A stretch of DNA of 64,000 bases from assembly GCA_010015585.1 (NCBI GenBank), contig ML975177.1, one strand, 5' to 3'. Positions 62,974-64,000 of the stretch are shown piece after piece. The DNA is from Eremomyces bilateralis CBS 781.70 (Eukaryota). The notes under the pieces were generated by a model. It saw only the letters and a list, made by a program, of their open reading frames with translations, was not told the DNA's origin and made no database searches. The stretch's first letter is position 1. Each line of letters begins with the position of its first letter. The translations under genes were made by a program, and so were the position numbers.

Positions 62974-64000
62974 ATGGCCGACGAGAAGAGCACCATGGCA
63001 TGCGATGCCGATAAGCCCGATAGTCAACAGGAAGGGCAACCCATCACGATGGTTAGGTCTGCCAGCGAGGACATGAGAGAAGAACGTCAAGATCTGAAGG
63101 AGGCGGCGGAGCACAATCTCAACGTCATCGTCGATCTTACCCTCGATGGCCGCATCCGTTGGGTGAGTCCGTCCTGGCTGGATGTCATCGGAACGGACCC
63201 GGACAGCGTCAAGGGGAAGCCAATCGCAGATTTCATTGTCGGAGAGGACAAGTCAATATTCGCCAATGCCGTGGAGCGCATACAGCAAGATGATTCGAGG
63301 AGCAAGATCATACGTTTTCAGACTGAAATGGGCCCACTATCGAAGATTGGGAAACGAAGGCAGCTTCCCCATGCTGCCGAGGAGAGCACAGCCCCTGTAT
63401 CGGACGAAGTCGGTGAAGCCGCTCCGGCGTCTGAGAAACCGGAGGCCGAGACTGGAGAACAGGATGTGCCAGAGGATGTCGATCTTACCCTGGAGCTTGA
63501 AGCTCAAGGGATCATCGTGTTCGATCGAGCCTCTGGCGGCGAGAGTCATGTAAGTCTTCTTTGTCTCAAGACATTATGGTTGGGTCTAACTTTTATAGAC
63601 AATGTGGATGATGCGTCCCACTGTGATCAGGGAGGTTACCATCGATCTTCCTAGCGTTCTCGTCGATGCCCTTGGTGTCGGCGCAGAGATGCTAGCCCAC
63701 TACCTTAATCAATTGACCGAATCCGGCGCAAGCCAAGATGAGACCGGCGAACTCCCTCCCCCGCCTCCCGTCCTTTGCCGGATTTGCGAGCGTCAGATAC
63801 CTCCCTGGTGGTTTGAAAGGCATACCGAACTCTGCCTCCAAGAACATAAAGCGGAAATGGAGGTTCAGATGGCCCATGAGAACCTCACCGATCACCGTAA
63901 CCTGATCGTTAAAGTCCTGGATGGTCTCGAGGCCCAAAGCCGGCAATCTCGCCAACCGCCAACTTCCGGGGAATTGAGTGTTACGCCTCCAGCGCTGCCT
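62974..64000 (+). CDS. RIM15: Rim15/Cek1-type PAS kinase, 5' part
   Basis: MVRSASEDMREERQDLKEAAE, PAS (LDGRIRWVSPSW.DVIG), LEAQGI..GESH|TMWMMRP, VLCRICERQIPPWWFERHTELCLQEH. Intron 63550..63598. Runs off the window. Confidence 0.9.

Overview
Eukaryotic, intron-rich DNA from a filamentous ascomycete (Pezizomycotina-type GT..CTRAC..YAG introns, mostly about 50-60 nt). Most of the window is housekeeping genes: a C2H2 TF, OXR1, UNG1, SEC14, PEX5, ALG6, NSR1/nucleolin, a Cys-rich single-pass membrane protein, NUS1, SEC10, an MTM1-type carrier, HRT3 F-box, a HAD hydrolase, an HNH-like gene with an internal stop, a NUFIP1/Rsa1-like protein, RPC25, a cupin, a GPI-anchored protein, an MFS permease, a peroxisomal Nudix hydrolase, phosphoketolase and the 5' part of RIM15. 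There are two accessory patches. One is a Zn2Cys6-ankyrin gene with a frame break and an upstream 109-bp tandem duplication (17-20 kb). The other is a complete hAT transposon (47037-50304, 8-bp TSD) carrying a nested Mutator-like MITE (49839-50272, 9-bp TSD). The most intriguing non-coding signal is a hairpin-rich ~325-nt 5'UTR intron of the nucleolin gene. Gene names come from recognised protein motifs, not database searches, and splice sites and RNA structures were read by eye.
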